DNA from: Octopus vulgaris
Taxonomy: Eukaryota
DNA: 64,000 nt
NCBI GenBank assembly: GCA_951406725.2
Contig: OX597814.1
Span: forward strand, 6,572,001-6,636,000
Direction of reading: 5' to 3'
The position numbers and the translations under genes were made by a program. The notes under the pieces were generated by a model. It was not told the origin of the DNA and did no database searches. It saw only the letters and a list, made by a program, of their open reading frames with translations. Shown in pieces: positions 13,741-28,000 of the stretch; position 1 is the first letter of the stretch, and each line of letters begins with the position of its first letter.

Positions 13741-14287
13741 CTTACAAGCTACATGGCAAACTCACTAGTATTGGTGGCACAAAAACAAAAGGTACCGAGT
13801 CCACTCTGTAAAGTGGCTGGCATTAGGAAGGGCATCCAGCTGTAGAGACCATGCAAAAGATGACACTGGAGCTTGACGGAGCCCTGCACCTTACCAGTTA
13901 CCTGTGGAACCACCTTAACCCATGCCAGCATGAAAAGCGGACGTTAAATGATGATGATCCCCTTTCCAGTTGGGGCAACCATGTATCTCCCCTACAGCAG
14001 GTTACCTGTTTCTCTCCCCCAATAATTGCTTTAGCCTTTCAACACCTGGTAAAAAGTCACTTCCTACCCACCTCTCCCAAACTCCACCCCCTCACACACA
14101 CACAACACACACAAGCACTTAGTTGAGGGAGATTTTTCCTATTCTTTACACATCTTGCAAGTTCCTTGACAACCATACTAATGCCAGTGGCACAAAAAAA
14201 GTGTAAAGTTACTGGCATTAAGAAGGGCACCCACCTCTACAGCCCTTATCAAAGCTAACACTGAAACCCAACAGTTTTGATAAATGA

Positions 14288-14321
<34 letters not shown>

Positions 14322-14323
<2 letters not shown>

Positions 14324-14618
14324 GGCGCAATGGCCTAGTGGTTAGGGCAGCGGACTCACGGTCGCAGGATCGCGGTTTCGATCCCCAGACCAGGCGTTGT
14401 GTGTGTTTATTGAGCGAAAAGACCTAAAAGCTCCACGAGGCTCCGGCAGGGTGGTGGTGATCCCTGCTGTACTCTTTCACCACTCTTTCTCCCACTCTTT
14501 CTTCTGTTGGCCTGCTCGCTTAGCCAGCGGGGTGGCGTCATTCGAAGGCTAAAACAATGCGAACGCATTGTGACCAGCGATGTGTAACAACATCTGATGG
14601 TCTGGTCGGTCACGTGAT
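14322..14618 (+). mobile_element. Young tRNA-derived SINE inserted in (TA)n
   Basis: A box tggcctagtgg, B box ggtttcgatcc. CpG-rich, little decayed, flanked by TA repeats. Confidence 0.8.
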
Positions 14619-15341
14619 ATATATATATATCATCATCATCATCATTGTTTAACATCCACTTTCCATGTTGGCATTGGTTGGATGGTTTGACCGGGAAGTG
14701 GCCAGCTGGGAGCTGTCCAGACTCCATCTGTCAGTTATATATAACTCTGTCTCAGATGAGTGATTGTGTGTTATGCATTTGCTAATTGTTTCAGGGGCCT
14801 TTGTAGTTGTCAGCTGATACAGATAGTTTCTCACCTTTGACCTTGAAGGGCATTGAGGCTGTAACACTTTCCGCTGAGTGGAGCAATTTGAAATTGTCTT
14901 ACTCAAGGACACAGTGCACATTGCCAAGTTTAGAAATTGAACCTAACACCCTCAGCCACTTGGCTTTACACACTCACCAGTCTGTGCAAAGGCTTGCACT
15001 ACTAAATGTGAAACAACAAAGAAGAATCAAAATGGAGTCTGACAACAGCACCATCGCCTTTTATGTTGGTATTATTGATAAAGGCGGCTGATATTAAAAT
15101 ATGGGAGACTTCACTGCTAATCCTCCCTATTTCCTGCATCCAAAACTACTTCCATTGGTCACCAAAAATACTTCCCTGCTCATCTCTCTTTCTCTCATAT
15201 ATATATATATATAATAATAAATCTCTGAACGAGATATAAAGTTTTTCGAGCGGTTACTGTTTATATATATATATATATAATGTTGGCAAATGAAATAAGT
15301 ATAAAAATGTACATTGTCCATTTAATTAAAAAAATTCTATA

Positions 15342-15429
15342 TGTGGCTGAAGATTGCTTTACATTTTAAAACTGATGTAATACTTACATTGTTTAATAAA
15401 ATGAAGTAGCATGAAACGATTGTACTACA
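15342..15429 (+). ncRNA. Type-I hammerhead motif with extended stem II
   Basis: tgtgg-CTGAAGA-ttgctttacatttta...taaaatgaagtagcat-GAAAC-GATT-GTA-ctaca. Stem I tgtgg/ctaca. Predicted site after A15424. Confidence 0.75.
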
Positions 15430-16449
15430 CTACCTTGGATATCCCTGTTGCTTATTTGGATTGTAAAAAGCACCCACTACACTCACAGAGTGGTTGGCAT
15501 TAGGAAGGGCATCCAGCCGTAGAAACACTGCCAGATCAGACTGGGCCTGATGCAGCCTTCTGGCTTCACAGACCCCAGTTGAACCGTCCAACCCATGCTA
15601 GCATGGAAAACGGATGCTAAATGATGATGATGATCTTCACTCAATGGTTCCTTTCTAAGAACTTCCCCTATAAACCGTTTACAGTTTAATCAAAGACTTC
15701 ATTTTATTCAGTTATTTGTATGGCACATAATCCTTTCCCTTATATTTTTTCTATGCATATATTATTAATATTTTTTCTCCTAGTCCCTAACATCACCTTA
15801 TATTAAGCTCTGTCCACGCATTTTGGTCACTCCTTTTATTGAATATTTTTCAATTAGGAACTTCAGCAAATGGAATGGGCTATTTTTTCAGCATCCTGCG
15901 TGTTCTATTTCATATATATATATATATGTTCTATTTCATATATATATATATATTGGGTGGGGGGGGTATGTATGTTTGTCTTTTTTCTTGTCAGTTTCCG
16001 GAGTTTCATCTGAAGATTAGTAACAAAACACTCTGAGTAATGATTTGTGAAGTTTTCAGTCTCATACTTATACCTCTACTCTCTGTATTGAGCACTCTCT
16101 TGCTGACATTGTGTTCATATCCAGGGTGTGGCAGGAAAACCTGATGGATTTTAAAATGACAATGATTTGACTGATGGCTGGGGTGACAATCATGACCTTG
16201 ATGATGCTGATGCCATTTCAATAATTATGAAACAATCAATTTATCTCATGAGGCTTTTGTGAAATAACCCACAAGAGAAGGCAAATGAAACTTTTCCAAG
16301 TGAAACTTTCTGTTGCATTTTAACGACCATTATAATGGTTAGAAAACTTTTGGTTCATGAAAAAAGAAACCCCGATGAGCTGTGTGGACCGCAGATAACA
16401 TCGGGTGAGACAACGTAGTGAACAGTCCTTGCCGTTCTGCTGCTGCACT

Positions 16450-17029
16450 CGGCATTTTGTTTGTGAAGAATGCTGCACCCTAATTTAAATATTCATCTTC
16501 GTATGGTTGTGTGTTTTGCAAGAAATAAGTCAGTTGAAAAGCACCAGATGACATGTCTTGGAACCCTTTTCAAGAACGATGGAGCACATTTCCATCTGTT
16601 TGTTTTCATAAACAAAATAAATTTACTTCTGACTGGAATCCATGGCATCGAGAGTCCCATACACTGTGAACATGCAACTATGTCGAGATGTGTGGCAAAC
16701 TGTGGTGTGGTTGCTCCATGCTGGACACACAATAGCAATGAATTCTGAGGATTCTGGTTTCATGTTGTGCCACATAGCAGCAGTGATCAGCCAAACGGTA
16801 AGATTTTCCTTCCATGGACATTATTAAAGAACCCATATTACTCTTTTACTCTCTCTCTCTCTTACTCTTTTATTTGTTTCAGTCATTTGACTGTGGCCAT
16901 GCTGGAGCACCGCCTTTAGTCGAGCAACTCGACCCTGGGACTTATTCTATCGATCTCTTTTTTGCCGAACCGCTAAGTGACGGGGACACCAGCATCGGTT
17001 GTCAAGCAATGCTAGGGGAACAAACACAG

Positions 17030-17081
<52 letters not shown>

Positions 17082-17400
17082 GACAAGCTTCTTTCAGTTT
17101 CCGTCTACCAAATCCACTCACAAGGCATTGGTCGGCCCGGGGCTATAGCAGAAGACACTTGCCCAAGATGCCACACAGTGGGACTGAACCCGGAACCATG
17201 TGGTTGGTTAGCAAGCAACTTACCACACGGCCACTCCTGCTGACCATGCACTTCCCCAACATGGTGACCTCTCATGGCCTGTTCAGTTACTTGTTCTTTT
17301 CGTTTGGGATTATTCTCTTTTATGGCAACTTCAAAGGGAAAGGATTTCTCAATGAACTTCACTCGCTGGATCAACTGAAGCATTGAGGTTATGGCAGTAG
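16450..17400 (+). mobile_element. Degenerate Tc1/mariner transposase remnant, interrupted by a SINE at about 16838-17235
   Basis: NDGAHFHLFVFINKIN resembles SDEAHFHLNG.VNKQN, and SPIHCEHAT..CVANCGVV resembles PLHS..VTVWCG..GV. After the SINE, GDLSWP..WDY..KGK..HSLDQLK. Confidence 0.6.
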
Positions 17401-18131
17401 TCTTAGAAATGGTTTGGCACAGTATGGAAAATAAGCCAACATTTCAATGATGTTAGTATTGAAACTAAATCAACGGTTATGGGTTTATAAATGGCACACA
17501 TTGTTCTCTATATTTACTCAATAAAAGTTACTAATTATCTTATGTTTACCAACATTCTATTCATTTAAAAGCCATCAGGTTTCCCTGTCAAACCCCGTGT
17601 ATGTGTGTGTGTGTGTGTGTGTAAATTTGAGAATATATGAGGAGAATGTATTTTCATGCAAAGTTTACTAAAATTAATTCTCAAGTTATGTCAAATTTAG
17701 ATCTACAAAACACTGTAGAACTTAAGTGTAAATAATTAAACAAAGATATGTCAGGTGGCACGTAAAACTGTGCAGGTGGCACGTAAAAAGCACCCACTAC
17801 ACTCACGGAGTGGTTGGCGTTAGGAAGGGCATCCAGCTGTAGAAACATTGCCAGATTAGACTGGAGCCTGGTGCAGCCTTCTGGCTTCCCAGAACCCCGG
17901 TCGAACCGTCCAACCCATGCTAGCATGGAGAACGGACGTTGAACGACGATGATGATGATGATGATGTCAAAATATTCAATATTCTTCTTATAATTTCTCA
18001 CTTGCCGTATGTGTTTCACAGACATATGCATAAGAAATATATACATATATGTTGCCTCCCTCAGTAGGAACAAAAGACAACACTATTTGAAAATTACTGT
18101 GAACGTATGTGCATGTATGTGTGTGTGTGTG

Positions 18132-18165
<34 letters not shown>

Positions 18166-19539
18166 CATACACACACACGGACATGTAGATACTCTAGTAA
18201 ACACAAATCGAAATATTAGCTAATCAACTAAAACATCATGCTTTGCCATTTAAAGTGGCAGACCATCCAAATTTAATGTTAAAGAAACAGATAGGAACTA
18301 TAATGATGATAATAATTATCAGTGCTTTGAGAATAGTACCAAATGGTGCTCTTAAACTCTATGGTGAAATATCAGAAAACTCAACTACAAAATAGTTTTG
18401 CCCTGGTTACTGCTCACTTCCTAAGAATAATGGTTTCAAAGTCACAGATATTACAACAAACTTTTGACAGAATCTTAAGTCTCAGTGTCTGGTCTCTTTT
18501 CCTTGCTGGTCATAAATAACAGCCATAGGAAAATATCCATCTTGCCTTTTGTTGAAGTCCAAGAGTGAGATTTGGAACAATTTGTATAAAAGAAAAGCAA
18601 CAACAAGGTAAATAATATTAATAATAATTTTGGTTTCAAATTTTGGCACGAGGCCAGCAATTTTGGGGGAGGGGTTAAATCAATTACATCCACCCCAGTG
18701 CTCAACTGGTACTTATTTTATCCACCCTGTAAGGATGAAAGGCAAAGTGGAGCTCAGTGGAATTTGAACTCAGAATGTAAAGACGGACGTCACGTTTTGG
18801 CTCGAAATTCATGTAATACAAAGCAAACAAAAATGTGTGTGTGAATGTATGTGTACATATATATGTGTGTGTGTGAATGTATGTGTACATATATATGTGT
18901 GTGTGTGTGAGTAGTTATTGTGATGTTTGTAGAATTATAATTTTAATGATAACATGCTATTTGTAGATAAATATAATTTTTGTTTTGATTGCCTTTTTGA
19001 GTTTCTTCAAAATTGTTTCTGTTCACTGATGATGATGATGATGATGATGATTTGTAGAGATGTTGTTGTTGTTGCTGTTGTTTGTAGCATTAACATAAAA
19101 CCAGATTCCATACTGCGTAGTATTTAGCCGTGGTTGACTACCATAACTGTTTGCGTTGGCTGCAGTGGTTGGCATTTTCTGTTATTTAGTTGCTGTGGTT
19201 ATGTGTTTCTTTCTGTTGTAGTGCAAAGTGATTCTGTGTCCTTTCAGTTTTAATTATTTTCTGTGCTAGAACAAAGAAACTTTTCAGCAATTATTTATCT
19301 TTTGTAAGTTCAAAACTACAAAACAATCACCTTTTCAGCTTCATCTTGTTTATAAATTTTAAAAATTCCTTTTTCAACCGTTTAATCAACATTTAAACCT
19401 CTCTAATTCATTTTTAATCAAAACATTTTTTCCAATATTTGTTTCTGATGTGTAACAATCTGCATTTAAATATTTACAAATGAATTTAACTTTTACAAAT
19501 TCAATGTATTTCAAATATATAGAATTTGTAAATCATGTA

Positions 19540-19686
19540 TGTGTGTTTTTTTTTCTGTCCCTTTCTGTGGAAGAGCGTAGGCTCGAAATATAACAGACTT
19601 TTTCTATTCCTGAGCGTTATACTAATACATCTGTTTGTTTTGTACACCACCTGTCTTTGTCTTTTGTTGTTTTTTTCATAAACTCT

Positions 19687-19692
<6 letters not shown>
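19540..19692 (+). mobile_element. Short Penelope-type terminal-repeat family with a hammerhead-like variant; other copies at 29598-29761 (+), 30255-30420 (-), 48592-48750 (-)
   Basis: Four homologous ~150-bp copies, each abutting (TA)n. Each has cttt-CTGTRGA-a-GAGC-gtag-GCTC-(G/A)AAA..., i.e. a GAGC/GCTC stem II with a non-canonical core. Confidence 0.55.
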
Positions 19693-19736
<44 letters not shown>

Positions 19737-19930
19737 GGGTTTTGCAGTAAATCACTAAATCATCCATAACTTTTGTATTATCCTTTCAAATTACACCAAA
19801 ATTTCAGACAATAACAATTAATATCGTATTTATTGTCTGTAAAAATTATAGAATATAAAACAACTTTGATAAAAACTTATACCTACTTTTCTGGCGAAAA
19901 CAATGCCGTTCTGAACATTTTGGCTGCGAC

Positions 19931-19961
<31 letters not shown>

Positions 19962-20339
19962 TTGCTATTATGTTAAACTGTCATATGTCCAAATTTGGCC
20001 AAATGTGTTTTTTTTTTAATGTTTATTTTTGCTTGAAACAGCTGGTTCTTTCAGTCAAAGCATCATATCTCCAGCTGCTTCAGCTGCCAAGATATGAAAA
20101 TTATCAAAGTGTAGTACAACATTTTTGCTACGGAATGGTGAAACCATTTTTTTCATTTTCAGAAAAAGCAACATTTTGGACTTACGACACTTTTGCATAT
20201 TAGCAACGATATTTACAGTTATAACAACTGAATACTGTAAAACTGTTTAATCCTGTTTCTTTGTAATCAAGAAACTAATTACTTACATAATAGTAGTAAC
20301 GAGGAAACCCATGAATTGAATGACATGCTTAAATGTTAA

Positions 20340-20380
<41 letters not shown>

Positions 20381-21688
20381 AGCAATGATACTGTTCTGTG
20401 CAGTGAATAACTAAATGAAAGTCAATATCTCATAATTGTGTAGGAGAGCAGCAGAATGGTTCATAAGGTTGCAGCTAAATGGTATTGATGACTGGAGAAT
20501 TATAGGAAACCATGGACATACTCTAATTGTGAAAATTGGTGCATTTCAACTTAAAACGTAGCCCTGGGGGTCAATATCTGGTTAAAATGTTATCAGCTGA
20601 GTTATGGTGATTCTGAATAATACTTATTGGGGTAAAGACAGTCCTGTATAATCTCAGAAAATATCAGATTACATTTCTGGAATGATATTGGGATATATTA
20701 GCATATAAAGAATAATATAATTTATTATATATTTGTAAATCAGGATTTATGTTATATCTATATATATATATTACTGATATTTCTTGCTGTCTGCTTGGCT
20801 CTGTAGTTAAGGAGTATGTTTTGCCAGGTTTGATCCCATTCTGTGGTAGAGGATGAGTCATTTTTCCAAAGACGGGTTTTTTTCTGAGTGAAATTTTTGA
20901 GGTGAAAACTGTGAAGAAACCTGCTTTATAATAAATGTAGATTCAAATTGTGTGTTGGTGTGTGTGTGTGTGTGTCTATTACTGAAATTGAATTCTTATC
21001 TCATGACTGAAGTTTGATGCAACTGCAGTATCGCGAAACGTGAATGGTAAGAGAATAAAAGCTCATGCTTCACGTGCGTTGAGCTTTACCTTTCTCATTT
21101 GTTCAGCTTAATTCAATGTTTGATCTGATCTGAGATCATGTGCTGAATCAAAAACAATTGCAGCATGGACGGTGTTTAGAAGCCATTTAAAAACACAAAA
21201 AACCGTTAGATTCACTTCAACATTTAAATTTAATTTTCCAATATATATATATATATTCAAATAAAGGCTATAAACCTCATTAAGAGATAATAAAATCCAA
21301 TGAAAATACCGGTTAGCTACTAATCCATAGAAAGTTCAAGTATAAAGTGACTATATCATCATCATCATCATCATCATCGTTTAACGTCCGTTCTCCATGC
21401 TAGCATGGGTTGGACGGTTCGACCGGGGATCTGGGAAGCCAGAAGGCTGCACCAGGCTCCAGTCTGATCTGGCAGTGTTTCTACAGCTGGATGCCCTTCC
21501 TAACGCCAACCACTCCGTGAGTGTAGTGGGTGCTTTTTACGTGCCACCTGCACAGGTGCCAGGCGAGGCTGGCAATGGTCACGGTCGGATTGGTGTATTT
21601 TATGTGCCACCGGCACGAATAAAGAGAAAATGGAGAAGCAATAAATAAAATATTTTATTAATTACCTCTCCATTTTCTCCTTCTTTGT

Positions 21689-21733
<45 letters not shown>

Positions 21734-22632
21734 CTACAGTGTCACAAATGTGTCAATGGTTCTGCAGTTTGACATAGTTTGTCATTTTGAACGCTTTAAC
21801 TGCTCTGCATGGGATTGGTTCTCTGTGAGGCTGTTGAGAAATGAAATATTCTAAGGATGCCATTATATTGCATCAATATTTTTAATTGACAGTTTTAATG
21901 AATGTCTCTTGAAATTGAAAAATTTTATCAAATCACAGTTGCCTCCTTCTATTAGGAAACAATGGTCAAGAAATCCAACCTCTGCATTTTACTTAAAAAT
22001 CTGTTGTTAACTCTTTGACTGGTTTCAGTCTCTGAACTGTCACCCTGCTGGTGCCCTCCCTCGTCAATTCTCTTGGGGCCGAGTTCTTTTCTTTTTTATA
22101 TTTTTAAAATCTGTTTTTGTTAAAGGGCAACATTGCCTTTGATGTAACTTTGACTGATTTACTTTAGTAAACAGCGGTATAGGCACACACACACACACAC
22201 ACACACGACAATGTCTGAGCTGGGCAAAACTTCAGAGTCACTGTTTATAATATTCCTGTTTAAGTTTAATAAATTTTTACTCTACAAAAATATAGAGTAA
22301 CCATCAGATTAATATAAAATTGTTGTAACTGATTATAAAAACAAACAGTAACATAACATTATATATTTCTTTATTGCCCACAAGGGGCTAAACATAGAAG
22401 GGACAAACAAGGACAGACAAAGGGATTAAGTCGATTATATCGACCCAGTGCGAAACTGGTACTTTATTTATTGACCCCGAGAGGATGAAAGGCAAAGTCG
22501 ACCCCGGCGGAATTTGAACTCAGAACGTAACGACAGACGAAATACCGCTAAGCATTTCGTCCGGCGCGCTAACGTTTCTGCCAGCTCGCCGCCATAACAT
22601 TATATGTGCGCACACACACACACACACGTGAC

Positions 22633-22783
22633 GATGATGATGATAGCTGTGGGGTTGTACCTAAAATGTTTGCAAGCACATAGGTCTGAGTTCAATCCTA
22701 TAATGCTGCAGAAACCTTTTGCTGCCCAGCAACAGATGAGTGAAACTGGGAGGACAGAAGCTGAACACATGTTGGACACACAC

Positions 22784-22819
<36 letters not shown>

Positions 22820-22973
22820 CCACACCCAACTTGTGTTCAGCTTCTGTCCTCCCAGTTTCACTCATCTGTTGCTGGGCAGCAAAAGGGTTCCGCAGCATTA
22901 TAGGATTGAACTCATACCTATGTGCTTGCAAAGCAAACATTTTATGTACAACCATACAGCTATCATCATCATC
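22633..22973. repeat. Inverted repeat with ~143-bp arms around a CA/TA/TG microsatellite
   Basis: ttttgctgcccagcaacagatgagtgaaactgggaggacagaagctgaacaca is exactly reversed in the right arm. Confidence 0.93.
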
Positions 22974-24891
22974 ATCATAATCATCGTTTAACGTCCGTTT
23001 TCCGCACTAGCACGGGTTGGACGGTTCGACCGGGGTCTGAGAAGCCAGGGGCTGCACCAGGCTCCAGTCTGATCTGGCAGAGTTTCTACAGCTGGATGCC
23101 CTTCCTAATGCCAACCATTCCGCGAGTGTAGTGGGTGCTTTTTACGTGCCACCTGCACAGGTGCCTGGGGGGTCTGGCATATCATCGTTTAATGTCTGCT
23201 TTCCATGCTGGCATGGATTGGACAGTTTGACAGGACCTGGCAGGCCAGGGAGTTGTGCAGGCTCCTATTGTCTGTTGTAGCATGTTTTCTATGGCTGGAT
23301 ACCCTTCCTAATGCCAACCACTTTACAGTGTCCACTGGTGCATTTTTGCAACCCCAGCATGAGTGCATTTTATGTGGCACTAGCACCTGTAAGGGACAAG
23401 CCTGCATCTATGACTGACAGCAGTTTTACTTAAGTATGGCTGCGTTTATGTATGAATATAACTGTGTCTGTTTTCACTACAGTCACATGGTTATACATGC
23501 ACCTATGCACACACACACACACACACACATTACATCTAATGAAAAATGCACGAATATGAAATATAAAAGATAAAAGATGTTTCTTCCTCCTTTCTTACCT
23601 GTTTACTGCTCTAATTGGTTCTTAAATGAATTAAATTATCTGCTTTAGAATTAAATTACAAATGAGTGTTCCAGTAATAACTAGCTTAAAAGCTTTTAGA
23701 TGTTTGCCTTTCTCTCTTCTCCACCCAGTTTGTCTGTTCCTTTATCAACATTGATTGGCAGGTATTAAATAAATATAAAACGATATTACAATAAAATACT
23801 TATTGAATTGGGTCTCCTCTATGGAGTGGCCTATCTTTGAAACGTTCTCACATATTTGTTGAATTGTATTCTGTGGATGGTTTATGAAATGATTATCATC
23901 ATTATTATTTCTTTATTTGAAAAGAAAAGCAGGCTACTATTGTCAGACCTAAAAATTCTTTACAGAGGCTGTATTCCAACAAATTAGGAGAATTGAAAGC
24001 CAATTATAAATACTTTATTTGAAAATTTAAATTTGTTGAAGATGTATTATTTTATGCCAATTGAGATGCATTTGTTAACTAGACCCAAGAAAAATTCCAC
24101 AATAGAGAAATATTTTTTTTAATTGCGTTTCAAAAATACTGAGTAATTGAAGGAATAGGGATTTAAAATCTATAATAATAACCATTGTTTTGTAACATAA
24201 TTTTAAAAATATGTTTTTAACTGAATCCCTTTTTTTTTTTATTATTATTATTATTTGACTATTTGACTACAAATAGCTTTCAAAGCAGCAGTGGATATTA
24301 GGGAGGTGACTTCACAGAAATATGACACATATTTGTGTTGTTTGGAGAAAGTCATTAAATAATTACAGTCAGAACTCTGATGAAGTTCCAACAACAAAAG
24401 ATAAAAACTTGAATTTTTGTAATTGCTTTTCAATATAAATGTTATTATTTTATCAAACTGTTTGCTTAAAACATGTTGTTACTAATTCTTTAACCCTTTC
24501 AAATCCAGAACCCCTGCTGATCCTCTTATAAAACTCTTCCATACCACTGGCTTTACTGTAAAATTTTTCTGATAATGGTGATCTGATTATTCTAAGATCC
24601 ATTTTACTGAGGGTCAAATTTAGTGACTTGAAATTAAATCTTTTTAAGAAAAATGCTTTCATTTTTCTTCTTTCTTTATTGTGATAACTTTTAATAGAAT
24701 CTTTATTTTACTGAATTATGTTCTGCTTCTCTGTTAATAAAACAGTTTTTTTTTCTGTGTTTTGTTTGTATATAACCCCCTTGTTTTTTGTTGGGTTTTT
24801 TTTTCAGTCAAAAGTTCTTTCTCTCTGTTTAAATGTTTAAACTTTATTTCTTAACTGCATAAAATATCTATTTCTGTATTCTTATTTGCAG

Positions 24892-25055
24892 CTTTTCTGC
24901 TTGGTAATGAAAGTGTAGAAAAACTTTCTGATATCAAGATGTTAGTGTCTCAGTTATATAGCTCACTAAACATTGAACAGTACCAATTAGAAAGAGAAAA
25001 CGATTTGCTACAGAGGTTAGAGGATCTTAAACTCCAACTGGAACCACTAGAAAAG
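24892..25055 (+). CDS. MCU: MCU internal exon (coiled-coil CC1 region), 164 nt, phase 1 to 0
   Basis: Acceptor ttatttgcag| and donor AAG|gtaacg. Translates FLLGNESVEKLSDIKMLVSQLYSSLNIEQYQLERENDLLQRLEDLKLQLEPLEK, which aligns by eye with vertebrate MCU (LNDVKTLVQQLYTTLCIEQHQLNKERELIERLEDLKEQLAPLEK). Not in the ORF track. Confidence 0.95.
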
Positions 25056-28000
25056 GTAACGCTTCCCTTCTTTTTGTTTCTAAATTAAAATTTAAAGTCA
25101 TTCTGATTAATTAATAAATTTATAGCAGTTGAATTGTTTTGATAATTTAAATTACATTTTCTAAATTGTTTTTAACCTTAAAAATGTTAATACTTCTTCA
25201 AGAAAGTTGTAAAATATAGACATTATTTTCCACACAAGCTTTTAATTATATTCCAACAATCTCAGAGAGTCCATAAAATAAAACACAAGAATAGAGAATG
25301 GCTCACTTTTGCTGGTTGAAAAGTGAGTTTAGTGAGAGTTAATGTTTATTTAGACTTGATGGAAATATCAAATTCTTATTGTGCAACTGTGTCCACTCCT
25401 TGCTAACACCATACTTACTCCTTTTCTGAGACCACACACAAGAATTTGTACCTCTGTTTTTTGGCTTATCAAAAACTTAACTAAGTCCTATGCCTTCATC
25501 TTGTCACTTGTACACAGCACACAACTATTCCTCTTTGCTCCAACATCTCTTCAATCTCACCTGACCTACATCTCATAGTTATTGATGGTAGCCTGAAGTT
25601 TTAAACCATTCAGGGAGAATAAAGTGTGTCAACAGTATGAGAGTCTGTGGGACTGTTTTGGTCACATCTGAAAGGTTTCACACTGGTCAGTTATTTCCAG
25701 CCAGAGATAATATGATTTATTGTTTCCTCTCCATCTTCACATATTCTGCAGTTACTTGTTATGTTTCTTTTCCTTGTATGTTTTTGGTAATTTCTGGTGG
25801 GGAGGCTTTGGTCTTGTGCTGCAATTAAAAATCCTTCAGTCTCTGCTTTAAGTCCTGAGCTTCTTGGCCATTGTTAGGATTTTGCTTATTCTCTTTCTTG
25901 TTACTATCACCACCAACACCATTATTATTATTATTACTAATCTGTGAGTGTTGGTACTATAATAGCAAAAATCAGGTTTTAAATTTATCTTGGCAACTTT
26001 TGGTTATGGAACTGTAGAAAACGTATATATTTGACTATCGAGAAGTGGTGGAGTGTGATATGGCCTTGTCCCATGTACAGAGCTTCAAGTCGTCCAGGAA
26101 GGGGTCATACCCAACAATTGGTGTAGCAGCATTTTTATCAACAGCCACAAAGATGAAAGAGAAGCCTTGGACAAAAATAAATATGGACATATCAGATTAC
26201 TAGACCAGGTCATGAAAGGTACAGAAAGGGTCATAGGTCAAGTAATTAGAAAGAGAGGGATGGGATGAAGTGGTGAAGAATGTTCTAAACAAAGCTGAGC
26301 TTCACAGGGGAGATGACGAAGGACTGAGACAAATGGCAATTTGCTAAAATTTTAGCTGCATAAATGGTGTGATTGCCAATAGTCAGGACAATAACTTGTG
26401 TGTCTAACAGAGATTCAAAGTAAACTTTCAAAAAATATTTCAGTAAATAATGCTATTGTTGCCCAACTGGTGAACAGCCAAGGAGAGAAAGCACATGCAG
26501 GAGTCATCATCATCATCATCATCATTTAACGTCCATTGTCCATGCTGGCATGGGTTGGATGGTTTGACCAGGGATGGCATGCTGGAAGGCTGCACCAGAC
26601 TCCAGTCTGATTTGGCAGGGTTTCTATGGCTGGACGCCCTTCCTAATGCCAACCACTCTGAGAAAGTAATGGCTCTTTTAACATGCCGCTGGCATGGGTG
26701 CCATTTTGCCTGACCCCAGTATCTGCCACAACTGCAATTTTGCTCAGCTTGGTGGGTCTTCACCACTCTGAAGAAATCGGCCAAAGAAGAATGATTTGTA
26801 AAAGTACAAAATCACGGTGGTGCTCCAGCATGACTGAAATGAATAAAAGAGTATATATATGTGTGTGTGTGTATTATGTAGGTGTGTGTGTGTATATACA
26901 CACACACACACACATATCATTCCTTTCTAAATTTTCATTTCTTTCAAAATGAAACTAGCTATTATTTCAGAAGATTTATTTGGTTAAAAGGGAAACATGT
27001 AATTTTCTTGCCATTGACCTAAATGTTTTTACAATATTTTAGCTTGTTTTAATGAACATGGTAATTAGGAGCATTAGCATTCGTTAACTTTTCCACTCCT
27101 TTGCATAAACATCTCTGTCCCTCTCTCTCTTTCATTATAAGACTCCTTCAACCGAAATTCTTTTCTTATCATCCATAATGAGTTCCTGACCGAATTCTTC
27201 ATCAGTGATTGTTTCCATCATCACCTGCTTTTCCTGCCCAGACTTCCATTTTACCCCTAATTATCAGAGTCAGCATGTCATTATTTCTATCTTTCCCTTC
27301 CTCACACTGTCTTTAACCGTGTGATGTGTTTGGGGTCCCTGGACCTCAGGCAACCTGTGTCAAAGAGTGTCTCTGCTACTTTTAATCTGAATCTGATTTC
27401 TATGTAAACCTAATTTTATGCTCCCATCCTGCTATGCACTGCCCCCTACATTGATCCCCTTTCAATCAATTCTATAATGTATTAACTTTAAGCATTCTAG
27501 GAAGATAAGGTCCCCCAAACCAAATTGCTGGGTAAAGATTTATTAAACTAACTTAATCCCCTTAAACTTTTTTGATATGAACCCACTCACTGGCTTTATA
27601 TGAACCTCCCTGTTTTAAAGGGACCTCAATTAAAGCCTTCTTCCATCAAAATTTCAGGTTAATTTGTTCAAAACCCCAGTTTGATAACAACAAATCTTTT
27701 TTCTTGAATTATTCATTAATTTCATAATTAGTTGAAGTAAAAACAGTGTATTTCAACAGAAATATGGGTGCAAAGGGGCTAAACTTGAATTTTGTTGTTT
27801 TGTCTTTTGTTTCATTTGCTCTGCTGGTAGGGACTTGGCTCAAGACCCTTAAAGGCTCTCAATGAGTATGATGTAGTTTAGGTTTACATTTCTCTTGATT
27901 AGTTGGAAGTTGCAGGACAGCAACTTAAGCCTGTTCTCATACAGCACCAGACTTCTTAGTTAACCTTTACAGTAGTAGTAGTGGACATAACAGAAAGGGT

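Noticed and set aside
14322-14400. tRNA gene (also 6525-6598 and other heads)
   Set aside because: A and B boxes continue into SINE bodies, and no convincing acceptor stem is visible.
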